From: an uncultured virus (IMG/VR IMGVR_UViG_3300028048_001604)
Lineage: Duplodnaviria > Heunggongvirae > Uroviricota > Caudoviricetes
Virus record (IMG/VR): IMGVR_UViG_3300028048_001604
DNA: 64,000 nucleotides
Reading direction: 5' to 3' (one strand)
The translations under genes and the position numbers were made by a program. Positions within the stretch are counted from its first letter, which is position 1. Each line of letters opens with the position of its first letter. The notes beneath the pieces are model-generated. The model was not told the DNA's origin. It searched no databases and saw only the letters and a list, made by a program, of their open reading frames with translations. This document shows positions 49,684-58,997 of this stretch, one piece after another.

Positions 49684-52305
49684 TCACATACTTAAACTAC
49701 CATCTCTAGATACTACAAGTTTATATCGTTTTTGTAGCATTGGAAGAAAAGGATTCTTGATACTCTGACTATACCGTACTAAAGCAATCGTCAAATTCTG
49801 ACTATCTGCATTTGATAAGCCAGTCAACATAAGTATAGTAGTTCTTGTAGCAGACGGGTTTGCTTTTGTTACAATAGCGCATCTCATAAGATTTACTGCA
49901 TTATTTAAGAATATCTTATGTACATAATTGTTTATAGAACCTATATGCAGTATAAATACTGCGTCTTTACCAAAGTAATTCTCTAACTCGTCTAGACGTT
50001 TATCCCAATCTAGGAACAAATACCCTAAATCGTTTGTGTACTTTACAGATGCCGTTAATACAAATGCGTTAGGCAAACTACCCGATTTACAGATGGAATC
50101 CTCTAGTCTTACAGGTCTACCTGACAACCAATCACCAAAAGATTTAATCTTCGATAGTTTGAAATCAATATCCATAGTTGAATCACTAGAAATATCTAAA
50201 ATTACAAACTTCGTGTTTGGATTTGCCTGTACTGTTTTATATATGCTATGTACAGTTTCAACAGAAGATTCTGTTGAACCACTTGCAACTACCCTAAAGT
50301 TATCACGTGCCTTCTTAAACTTTGGCATTACAAACTTGTTAACTGACTGAAGATTCAGCATACCCTCAAAGCCATCTAGAGGACTAGACTCCTTTGCTCT
50401 ACGCAAACCTACTAATTCAGTTTGTAGCTTGACAAGTTCAGACTTTAACTGCTGTACATAAGCATCGTCTACTTTTGGCTGTGCTAACTCTACTTCTTTT
50501 GCACTCAATTCCGTTTCGAGTCGAGCTACCTTGATGTTAGCGTCATTAAGTTTGGACTTAAGGTCGGCTAGTTCAGTAATACACTCAGATTTACTAGAAT
50601 TCAGACTAGTAAGTTCATTCTGCAACTTCTGATTTTCAGACTTAACAGAGTTCATTTCCTCAGTCATACTGGTAATGATATTACCTTTAGAGGTTAATTC
50701 CGTATCCTTGTTTGCAGACTCTGCCTTAATGGTAACAAAATCTTTGTTAAGACTATCGTACTTACTGCGTAGAGAATCATACTCATTACGAATATTTTTA
50801 GCACCCTCTTCCAAACTAGCAAAGTCAGTGGCTTTACCCATATATTCTTGGTTACGTTTGTTTGCCTCTTGTAACTTTATAGTTAAGTCTTTTACCTGAG
50901 TAGTTAATTCTGTTACAGTAGAAGATAAGCCTTCTACACGTTTCTTTTCGGTTGTACCCTGTTTTTCTGAAAGCGATAATTGAGTTTTCAGAGTCTTGAT
51001 TTCAGTAGATTTTTCGTCTAGTTCGGTAATAAGTTTATCTCGCTCTGTTTTGATACCCCTTAAATCGGAATCGGCTTTTTCTAGTTTAGATTTATAGTCT
51101 GCCTCTAAAGATACCAAATCATTATCTTTTTTAGTTAACTGATTATTTAATGTATCTATATTTGTAGTTAAATCTTCTACCCTGGAAGTTAGAGTGCTTA
51201 CCTTGGTTGTTTCAGTCTCTAGAGCGTTAGACTTGGTATCCAAGTCTATACTCATATTCTTTAGACGTAATTCTGCATCTTCTAGAGATTGTTTTACTGC
51301 CTGATGTGTTACCTCTGCGTTCTCAAATTCTACAATACGAGCCTTTAATACCCCAATTTCGCTATTCTCGGCGGTAAGCGTCTTTACCTTATCATTACTT
51401 GATAGTAACTCTGACTTAAGTTTCTTTACACTGCGTTGTAGAGATTCAAAATCTGAGTCTTTTTGTACAATATCTGATTGTAGTGATTGTAACTTAGACA
51501 AATCCATTTCATGTGAACTCTGCAATTTTTCATACTCGAATTGCAGATTACTGTAGTCTGTTTTTACCCTAGTTAAATCGTGTTGTAACTGACGCATTTC
51601 ATCGAGGTCAGTACCTGAACCACCATCAGTTACAGCCTGAGCCTCTAAATCAAGAATACGAGATTCTTTTTCAGAAATAGTTTCACGGAGAGTACGTATT
51701 GTTTCTACCAAAGATGCCTCGGTGGATTCAGTATCTCTATCGTTTAGCTGGTCAGTAAGGTTTTTAATCAATAGCTCTTTTTGAGCCAACTGAGCTTGTA
51801 AACCGCTAATTGTTTTTTCAAGACTTGAAACTTCCTCTGTAGCATTAATCGCCAGAGTTTCTTCGGTTTGACTAGGTACCTCGGAAATTTCAACTTCTTC
51901 TGTAGGTTTTTCTACTACATCTGCACTAGGTTTTTCAGACAAGAAAAGGTCATCTTCAAAGAACGCATCCATCTGGCTAGTAAGACTTTCAGACTGCTTA
52001 TAAAGGTCTACCCCATATTGTTTGCTGAACCATTCATTCAGTTCTAGTGCGTCTCCACGGTAAACGAATATTTTATTTTCTATCTCATCACTCAATTTAC
52101 CCTTTGCCATTACAGAGTTGTACATAGCCTCAGTAAGAATAATAAAAAATACACTAGCGTCTGAGCCATGTCTTATAAGTTTACCGCGAAGAGCCTTATC
52201 AGTGATAGGCTCTTCTTGCAAACCATATTCATCAGCATATAAACTAACTATTGCTTGAGCGTCTGGGTCGATTGGTGCTACATATACGATAGAAGTTACA
52301 CCCAT
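49684..52305 (-). CDS. Long coiled-coil protein with C-terminal globular (degenerate ParA/MinD-like) domain
   Basis: About 480 aa of heptad-rich sequence; C-terminal FRVVASGS...KFVILDIS pattern. Confidence 0.75.
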   Translation of the reverse strand: MGVTSIVYVAPIDPDAQAIVSLYADEYGLQEEPITDKALRGKLIRHGSDASVFFIILTEAMYNSVMAKGKLSDEIENKIFVYRGDALELNEWFSKQYGVDLYKQSESLTSQMDAFFEDDLFLSEKPSADVVEKPTEEVEISEVPSQTEETLAINATEEVSSLEKTISGLQAQLAQKELLIKNLTDQLNDRDTESTEASLVETIRTLRETISEKESRILDLEAQAVTDGGSGTDLDEMRQLQHDLTRVKTDYSNLQFEYEKLQSSHEMDLSKLQSLQSDIVQKDSDFESLQRSVKKLKSELLSSNDKVKTLTAENSEIGVLKARIVEFENAEVTHQAVKQSLEDAELRLKNMSIDLDTKSNALETETTKVSTLTSRVEDLTTNIDTLNNQLTKKDNDLVSLEADYKSKLEKADSDLRGIKTERDKLITELDEKSTEIKTLKTQLSLSEKQGTTEKKRVEGLSSTVTELTTQVKDLTIKLQEANKRNQEYMGKATDFASLEEGAKNIRNEYDSLRSKYDSLNKDFVTIKAESANKDTELTSKGNIITSMTEEMNSVKSENQKLQNELTSLNSSKSECITELADLKSKLNDANIKVARLETELSAKEVELAQPKVDDAYVQQLKSELVKLQTELVGLRRAKESSPLDGFEGMLNLQSVNKFVMPKFKKARDNFRVVASGSTESSVETVHSIYKTVQANPNTKFVILDISSDSTMDIDFKLSKIKSFGDWLSGRPVRLEDSICKSGSLPNAFVLTASVKYTNDLGYLFLDWDKRLDELENYFGKDAVFILHIGSINNYVHKIFLNNAVNLMRCAIVTKANPSATRTTILMLTGLSNADSQNLTIALVRYSQSIKNPFLPMLQKRYKLVVSRDGSLSM

Positions 52306-52321
52306 CTTCTACCCTCCATAA

Positions 52322-53530
52322 TTAGATGCTTTCTGCTAGAATACTTGCTCCAATAAGATTAAGGTCACGTGGAGAAATAGTCTGTTTAACTGGCTTAACA
52401 TCGCCATCATCTTCAGTAACAAGAGTATCCTGCTCTGGCAGATTTACAAGTTCAGCATTAGGTACATAGTCTTTGAACTTATTCATAATAAGTGAGGACA
52501 GAGAATGAATACCCGAATCAGTTGCGTCATCAATAGAACCGCCACCGCAGATGATGAGATACCCGATAGATGACATCATCATATCAGCACCCTCAATATA
52601 AGTTACTACTGAATCGATAATCTTGCCTGCAACTACTTCCTTTGCATTATTTACCTTATCGATAATATCAATATACTTAGAACCTGCCTTAATCTTACCT
52701 GTAATAATACCATCTGAGATAGCCTTTGCGTCAAGCTGATATCCTTCCTGCATGAGAGCAAGTTTTACCTTTGACTCAATGTTATTGCCACCTGCGTCAA
52801 CAGTAAATCTTGAATTCTGTACAAGTTTATTATCTTTGATAACAAGCATATCAGTTGTGCCTGCACCAACATCAAGAACAAGTACAGTTTCATCTTTTAG
52901 GAATTTATAGTCCTTGCGGAAAACAAGACCTGTATCATAGAGTACCCCAGCGTATGCACAAAAACCCTCTGGCAATACGTTAACAGACTTTACCTTAACA
53001 TCAAGTTTTACGTCTGGATACTTACAAATAACTTCCTTAATATCATTAATAATAGCCTTAATCTTATCTGCACCTCTATCAATATCAGCTGGAGGCAGGA
53101 GAGTTACAACTTCCCAATCAACATCAACCTGAGATAGGTCATGTACCCCGTTAATATCGAGCAGTGCTCTGGCTCCTTCATAAAAAGCCATTCTGTATGA
53201 CAGAGGAGTTGTATCGTTATCATACTTCTTACGCTTTGCAGACGGTCTGATAGTTGCCTGATAGAATTCTTTCTCCTGCAACTCGCCAACTGCATAATCG
53301 CCTACAATACGAGTACCATTAAGTTCAGTGTCTACCATAATAATAGTACTACTCATAGGACTATAATCATTACTTACCGTATAGTTCGGGTCTACAACCT
53401 GACCAAATACGTTCGGTACGGTAAATTTCTTTGACTTAGGCTTTCCATTAGCGTTCTTACCATAGATAACCATGCCTTTTGTACTAGAATTTCCCAAATC
53501 AATAATTAATTTTGCATTTCCTGTAATCAT
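52322..53530 (-). CDS. parM: ParM/StbA-family actin-like ATPase (start refined to ATG 53530)
   Basis: IIDLGNSSTK phosphate-1, PEG, VLDVGAGTTD phosphate-2, ICGGGS adenosine motif. Confidence 0.85.
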   Translation of the reverse strand: MITGNAKLIIDLGNSSTKGMVIYGKNANGKPKSKKFTVPNVFGQVVDPNYTVSNDYSPMSSTIIMVDTELNGTRIVGDYAVGELQEKEFYQATIRPSAKRKKYDNDTTPLSYRMAFYEGARALLDINGVHDLSQVDVDWEVVTLLPPADIDRGADKIKAIINDIKEVICKYPDVKLDVKVKSVNVLPEGFCAYAGVLYDTGLVFRKDYKFLKDETVLVLDVGAGTTDMLVIKDNKLVQNSRFTVDAGGNNIESKVKLALMQEGYQLDAKAISDGIITGKIKAGSKYIDIIDKVNNAKEVVAGKIIDSVVTYIEGADMMMSSIGYLIICGGGSIDDATDSGIHSLSSLIMNKFKDYVPNAELVNLPEQDTLVTEDDGDVKPVKQTISPRDLNLIGASILAESI

Positions 53531-53576
53531 CTTCAACCTCCTAAATAATACAGTTGCATAATTCATTTACGAGTAT

Positions 53577-53606
53577 ATTATAGCACAAAAGGGTAGTAAA
53601 AGTCAA
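53577..53606 (-). promoter_or_regulatory. Sigma-A promoter TTGACT-18-TATAAT (extended -10) for the parM operon
   Basis: -10 at 53577-82, -35 at 53601-06. Confidence 0.7.
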
Positions 53607-53633
53607 GTCAGATTTACAAAAAACGCAAAAAAT

Positions 53634-53664
53634 ATCGGTGGATTTTTACTATGCCTCCACCGAT
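53634..53664 (-). terminator. Probable terminator ending the Tad-like operon
   Basis: atcggtgga/tccaccgat stem followed by U-rich sequence. Confidence 0.65.
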
Positions 53665-53672
53665 AAAAAGTA

Positions 53673-54149
53673 TTACATACCCTGTTCTATCATCTTACGG
53701 TACACACTCTCGCTATCTACTATCGATTTGTATATACTTTTTGTAGTCTTTACCCTTTTATCCTTATCTGATACTACGAATTTAGGATTCTTCGATATAT
53801 ACCCGTACATTTTGAATGGGTTTACAGAATCTGTAGGTTTACCTCGTTTCATAACTTTTGCGTCTGCTGGCGTTAAAGTATATACATAACTATCTATACT
53901 ACCAAGCTGACCACGTGTATAGATGGCTAAATTTACTATCTTTGAGCCTGCTTTTGTTACTACTTTATATAGCTTTATTACCTCAGTATTTGTAAATCTA
54001 GTACCATCTAAAAAAATAAGAACTGTAGCAGATGAAAAGTAAGCCATTCGATGTTCAAACATCTCAAGGGAATCAAAATACAGGTCTGCTACTAGACCAT
54101 TTTCTTTAAAGTAGTCATAATTTCTTGACTCGTCTAAAATAACTAGCAT
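53673..54149 (-). CDS. Hypothetical protein
   Basis: AAGGAGGG RBS; last gene of the Tad-like cluster. Confidence 0.7.
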   Translation of the reverse strand: MLVILDESRNYDYFKENGLVADLYFDSLEMFEHRMAYFSSATVLIFLDGTRFTNTEVIKLYKVVTKAGSKIVNLAIYTRGQLGSIDSYVYTLTPADAKVMKRGKPTDSVNPFKMYGYISKNPKFVVSDKDKRVKTTKSIYKSIVDSESVYRKMIEQGM

Positions 54150-54158
54150 ATACCCTCC

Positions 54159-55685
54159 TTAACGAGAAGTGCAATAATACTTTGTAGTCGTATACCAAAC
54201 ACCATCATCATCTTCTTTAATATTACCATTATCTCCTAATAGTTTCATACTAAAATGGTTTGTATTGCCAGACTGATTTGAACATACCCACTGTATAATA
54301 GGGTTTTTATAAGGAATATGTACCTTTATTTTTACACTAATACGTGCAATTACCCTTTGTCCATATTGGTCTACAACCGATTTATCAGACTTATCAGCTC
54401 TGCTATTTAAACCTGTATCTGACTCCTTTAACTGACCTATTGTAAAAGCTAATGGGTCTGTTGCACTACCCGATACTTTTTCAGCAGTTGAACTAGATGC
54501 AGTACCCAAAGCAGATAAGGTTACATTCTTGTTAGCTACATCATAGATATTCAAATTAAAGTAGTCTACCTTAACCTGTAAGGAATTCAAATCAAACTCA
54601 ACGTCACCATTGTTAACAATTTTTTCATCAGAGCCTACCTTATGCTGTAAAGGTTCAGCTGTTGCACTATCATTACCGTCTGAATAAAAAGAAGTACTAA
54701 CACAACCTGTAGCCTGCTGCATCGCAGTATTCATATCTTTGTCTTGATTGTACCCTGCTAATTGCTCTCTACAAACAGTATCAATCTGCGTAAGTAATAC
54801 AGGTTTAAATACCGATACAGGTACATATGTAACACCTAAAGAATAAGGTGTCAAGAAATAGTAAGACCTTTGAGCGGAAGAACCAATCTTATGTTTACCA
54901 ATCTTAACTGAACTAATAAGATTGTTTGTAGTAAAATCAGTTCTATATATGCTATTGCCATTACCCAGTTGGGTTAAACCCATATTATCTAGGGTTGGAA
55001 AAGTACGAGCCTCTGCTGAATACCCATCACCTGAGTGTACCCTAGTGATTGATGTGGTTTTGATTGCACTACCTACATTATTATAATAAGCAGTAAAATC
55101 ATCTAAATACTTGCCTGAGCCTAACAAAGCATTGTATGTATTTGTATTTGCTGAAGTCTGCTGACCTGAACTTTTATTTAATGCCCAAGGTAATGTGCCT
55201 GCATACTGTAAATCACGATTAGATAAACTAGACCAATTTAGTGAGTTATAAGCAGTTTCTCCATATAAGAACTTAAAAACTGATTGAGTATTGTTATACC
55301 CTTGTGCTCTTGCCCATCTAACCTCGTTTTCAGTACTTGGTAATCTGCCATTTTTTGCATAAAACATTGCTATATAATACGGATTCTCTTGAAACATCTG
55401 ATTGTCTGCATAAATAGTAATGTTATTTGCTACTAAACGATTGCCTGCACCAGCATCTTTACCATCTGTAGTACCCATTGATAAAAGAGCTGCGTTATAA
55501 TCGTCTGATAAAAGTTCTTCAGAATTTACAGAGGATGCTAAAGCAACCTCGAAAGCAGTATCCATTGTATTATCAAGCCTTGTAAGCCTTTTAGACAAGT
55601 TTACATATTCTGAAAGTACCGATACAAGTAGCATTGTAAATATTGCTAGGACTGAATATATAAAAATTCGCTTTGAATGATACAT
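54159..55685 (-). CDS. TadG-like large minor pilin/adhesin candidate
   Basis: N-terminal TM followed by RLDNTMDTAFEVALAS (TadG-like helix); located in the Tad cluster. Confidence 0.55.
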   Translation of the reverse strand: MYHSKRIFIYSVLAIFTMLLVSVLSEYVNLSKRLTRLDNTMDTAFEVALASSVNSEELLSDDYNAALLSMGTTDGKDAGAGNRLVANNITIYADNQMFQENPYYIAMFYAKNGRLPSTENEVRWARAQGYNNTQSVFKFLYGETAYNSLNWSSLSNRDLQYAGTLPWALNKSSGQQTSANTNTYNALLGSGKYLDDFTAYYNNVGSAIKTTSITRVHSGDGYSAEARTFPTLDNMGLTQLGNGNSIYRTDFTTNNLISSVKIGKHKIGSSAQRSYYFLTPYSLGVTYVPVSVFKPVLLTQIDTVCREQLAGYNQDKDMNTAMQQATGCVSTSFYSDGNDSATAEPLQHKVGSDEKIVNNGDVEFDLNSLQVKVDYFNLNIYDVANKNVTLSALGTASSSTAEKVSGSATDPLAFTIGQLKESDTGLNSRADKSDKSVVDQYGQRVIARISVKIKVHIPYKNPIIQWVCSNQSGNTNHFSMKLLGDNGNIKEDDDGVWYTTTKYYCTSR

Positions 55686-55698
55686 ACCCTAGTCTCCT

Positions 55699-56271
55699 TT
55701 ACTTCACTACTTTCTGATATTTCGTACATGGTACATAATATACATAATCAAACCAAGTTGTACTGTTATGAGCATTTCTAGTCCAATCTGGTGCATTATT
55801 TTTGCCTGTTGCAAAGAACCAACCTGGCTGATAGACCATTGACTGTACCCTAATGCACATAATATCGCCATAATCTGCTGGCTGTTTCATATCAAGATTT
55901 ACTATATTTTCTTTCGTTGTAGTACCCTTGGAATTTGTTACGTTTGCCTCTAGAGAAGTCCAACTTAAATCAGTACCCTGCATTTTATCTGCTGATACAC
56001 CATAATTCCAATTAAAGCCTGCTACGAAATTGCCATCATTTTTATCACGCATATCTGTCTGCAACTGCTTTAGTACCTCTTTATACATAGTAGCTTGACC
56101 TTCTGGCAGATAATTGTTGTCTTGAACTACTTTCTGCATACTTGTCATTATGCTTTCCATACGCTGATTAAAGGATACAGCCTTATAAAGATAAGATGCC
56201 ATATCAAAGACAAAAACAAATATCATGGCGAACATGATTGTCTTGAAAGCACCTAAAACAAACTTACTCAT
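55699..56271 (-). CDS. TadE-like minor pilin candidate
   Basis: N-terminal hydrophobic helix plus amphipathic helix; YGD...V C-terminal strands; Tad context. Confidence 0.55.
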   Translation of the reverse strand: MSKFVLGAFKTIMFAMIFVFVFDMASYLYKAVSFNQRMESIMTSMQKVVQDNNYLPEGQATMYKEVLKQLQTDMRDKNDGNFVAGFNWNYGVSADKMQGTDLSWTSLEANVTNSKGTTTKENIVNLDMKQPADYGDIMCIRVQSMVYQPGWFFATGKNNAPDWTRNAHNSTTWFDYVYYVPCTKYQKVVK

Positions 56272-56296
56272 AGACTATATCTCCTCAAATCGTATT

Positions 56297-56321
56297 AAAA
56301 AAGCCTGCTGACCACAGGCTT
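56297..56321 (-). terminator. Terminator after the putative major pilin
   Basis: aagcctg/caggctt stem followed by a U-tract. Confidence 0.6.
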
Positions 56322-56327
56322 AAAACT

Positions 56328-56573
56328 TTACTTATTAGTGTCGATGTCAAAACCTTGACCGTTATTATCAGCAATGTCACCATTTTCACCCCATACTGGC
56401 ATTACTTTTTGTCCATCTCCTGCGGCCTTTGCCCACTGAGCATTAACACCATTAGCAAGAGCATTGTAACCTGTACGAAGAATACCGCCTTTGTTGAATA
56501 CCAACTGCCAAATAATGAAGATTACTACAAGTAATCCTACAAGCATGAATACCCTTTTCACTGTCTTATTCAT
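56328..56573 (-). CDS. Flp-like major pilin candidate (81 aa)
   Basis: Short, N-terminal hydrophobic helix, strong AGGAGG RBS, own terminator, Tad context; lacks the G|xxxxE motif. Confidence 0.55.
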   Translation of the reverse strand: MNKTVKRVFMLVGLLVVIFIIWQLVFNKGGILRTGYNALANGVNAQWAKAAGDGQKVMPVWGENGDIADNNGQGFDIDTNK

Positions 56574-56670
56574 ATGATTATCCTCCTAAAAATTATTGAT
56601 AATATATATATATACTATCAAGGTAATATACCTTGACTGCCTAGGGGAGCTGCCCCTAGACTTACATATA

Positions 56671-56994
56671 TTACTCCCAGCCTGTTGAATATTTTGCTTT
56701 AGATGAGATGTCAGATACATCTTTAGAACCTAGGTCAGATACGTTCTGTATTGATGCACCTAACTCCTTATCTATTGCATCATACTCGTGAGCTCTGGGG
56801 TAATATGTGTAATCATAATAATATTTTGCGATTGGAATTTCAGTCTGTTCAGCTGCGTAATACAATACCCCCTTCCAATCGCCTGCTAAAGAGGTTTGGG
56901 AATGAAATGGATTACCAAATAGTACTGCAAATAAAATTGCACCTGCTATGGCAAAACCAAGTATTCCAAATGCAGTTTTAACAAAATTTGTCAA
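56671..56994 (-). CDS. Small pilin-like membrane protein
   Basis: N-terminal TM similar in layout to the neighbouring pilin candidates. Confidence 0.55.
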   Translation of the reverse strand: MTNFVKTAFGILGFAIAGAILFAVLFGNPFHSQTSLAGDWKGVLYYAAEQTEIPIAKYYYDYTYYPRAHEYDAIDKELGASIQNVSDLGSKDVSDISSKAKYSTGWE

Positions 56995-57089
56995 TACAAA
57001 CTGCCTACCTTTCTAGATGAATAGAATATTGTCTGATACCATTATACACATTTAACTAAAAACTACTCTTACAATATAATAGCATAGTC

Positions 57090-58007
57090 TTAGAAAAACC
57101 CTGTAGGTAATTTAGAGATTAAACCTACAAGTACAAATTCAAATAATACAACATAGATAGCATAAATTGAATACTCACCGATTTTTACCAACTTATCAGC
57201 CTTTTTCTGCATATTCTCGGCTTGTTTTCTTGATAAACTCTGACGTAGAGTTAACAAGTTATCTTGGCTATCTACACCTGATAAAGCCTGTGCTGCAATA
57301 TTAGAAAAGTTAACTATTGTTGCACAACGATAGTAGTCTCTTAATTTAACTATTGCAACTTGGTCATCATACAAGGTGAATAGATTTAACAATGTTTTAC
57401 CCAACTTAAGCATAGCCTCTGTTTCTACCGAACTAGAACTATGATTTAACGTCTCGACATATCCTTGTACTGTATCCTGTAATCTTGCTTTACTACCCTG
57501 TCGTAATTTAGAATACAAAAGCAAATACAAATCATTGAAATATATTTCAATATATTTATCTTCTTCACTAATATCGCTAATGTATTTGAATCTGTATGAA
57601 TACATCTGAAATACACCATATGCAAGCGGTATAAGAAAAATTGGGTTTACAAAACCAAATGGTGCTGGGAGCATAGTTATAAACAAAATCATAACGTGTT
57701 TACCAATTACTTCTTCAGGTGTGAGTAATCTATTTAAAGGCTCACTTCGTAATTCCAATCTGCGTATATAGTATAACAGGTCTTGCCTACGATATTCATT
57801 CAAGAAAATACCCTTAAGCAAAGTACCAAAAAATGTATAAGTCTTTAGTATTTGCTGTTCTCTTGATACACTTCTTGTATATTGCTCACGTTTTTCACGT
57901 CTGGTTTTTATCCTAGAAATCTGAAACTTGAAATCTAGTACTCCATATAGCCTTAAAATACCCCACACTGCAAAGATGGTAGCTAAAACTGTTATAAGAC
58001 CTAACAT
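57090..58007 (-). CDS. TadC-like (T2SS F-family) inner membrane platform protein
   Basis: TM layout and position after TadB-like and TadA-like genes. Confidence 0.65.
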   Translation of the reverse strand: MLGLITVLATIFAVWGILRLYGVLDFKFQISRIKTRREKREQYTRSVSREQQILKTYTFFGTLLKGIFLNEYRRQDLLYYIRRLELRSEPLNRLLTPEEVIGKHVMILFITMLPAPFGFVNPIFLIPLAYGVFQMYSYRFKYISDISEEDKYIEIYFNDLYLLLYSKLRQGSKARLQDTVQGYVETLNHSSSSVETEAMLKLGKTLLNLFTLYDDQVAIVKLRDYYRCATIVNFSNIAAQALSGVDSQDNLLTLRQSLSRKQAENMQKKADKLVKIGEYSIYAIYVVLFEFVLVGLISKLPTGFF

Positions 58008-58019
58008 AAACGTACCTCC

Positions 58020-58997
58020 TTACAATGAACTTGACTGAACAATCTGTATATAGATATATACAATTACAATAATTAAAATATCTGCAAATAATAAGATATT
58101 ACCTGCTATATTTTGTAAGAAAAACAGACGCGACCATGTATCTGTTACCATTAAGAAGCAAAAATACCCAAGACATAGCAGAGATGATATACTAAAATCA
58201 CGTTTTAACTGATAAAAAGCCTCTTTGTTCTTTTCACGTAATACCCTACGCAATCTATTTACTTCTATAATATCAGTAAATATATCACGCATATTCTTGT
58301 CTCCTACACGTTCAAAATATATTGATTTAACCGCAAATTGTTCAAATACAGACCCAAGTCTGTCTGACAGAGAAATCATAGCGTCTTCAAATGATAAGCC
58401 TCTATCCTGAATATCTGATTCAAACTGTAGGAAATCACCCTTAATAGATTCATGGTAGTTATCCATATGCTGAATTATAGAAATTTTTACACCATCCATT
58501 ATGGTTGGAATAATAATATCTATGGCATCCATAACGTGTGCCTCTTGTGCTTGTAGCTTGTCTGCTATTACGGCACGTAATACAAATAAGGTAATAGTAT
58601 ATACGACAGGGAAAAGCAAGATTACTAATAATGGAGCCTGTATCAGCAAACAAATTACAAAAGATAAGACAACGGATACAAAAGCCCAAAAAAGCATATA
58701 CCCCGTAACTGTTATACCATCTTTTTTCAGACCTAGTGCTATAATCTGTCTGTTTACAAACTTGTATATTTTTGTAAATGTGGAGTGCTTATGCTCATAT
58801 ACATATCTTTGTACCGCATACTCACGAGTTGTAGAATGAATACCCAGTAATGTAGATACTTTTTTCAGTATGTTAGCGAGAAAGATTTGGATATTCTTTG
58901 AAAAGAAGAATATGAGTACAAATACCATACATACTATTACAAAAAGTATGACTCTACTTGATACTGTAAATACGTTTGAGGTCTCTAAATGAAACAT
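58020..58997 (-). CDS. TadB-like membrane platform protein
   Basis: DAIDII...GLSFEDAMISLSDRL pattern; C-terminal TM pair; follows tadA. Confidence 0.7.
   Translation of the reverse strand: MFHLETSNVFTVSSRVILFVIVCMVFVLIFFFSKNIQIFLANILKKVSTLLGIHSTTREYAVQRYVYEHKHSTFTKIYKFVNRQIIALGLKKDGITVTGYMLFWAFVSVVLSFVICLLIQAPLLVILLFPVVYTITLFVLRAVIADKLQAQEAHVMDAIDIIIPTIMDGVKISIIQHMDNYHESIKGDFLQFESDIQDRGLSFEDAMISLSDRLGSVFEQFAVKSIYFERVGDKNMRDIFTDIIEVNRLRRVLREKNKEAFYQLKRDFSISSLLCLGYFCFLMVTDTWSRLFFLQNIAGNILLFADILIIVIVYIYIQIVQSSSL

Noticed and set aside
53531..53670. parC centromere upstream of parM
   Set aside because: Only a promoter, a terminator and A-tracts are visible; no convincing iterated repeat.
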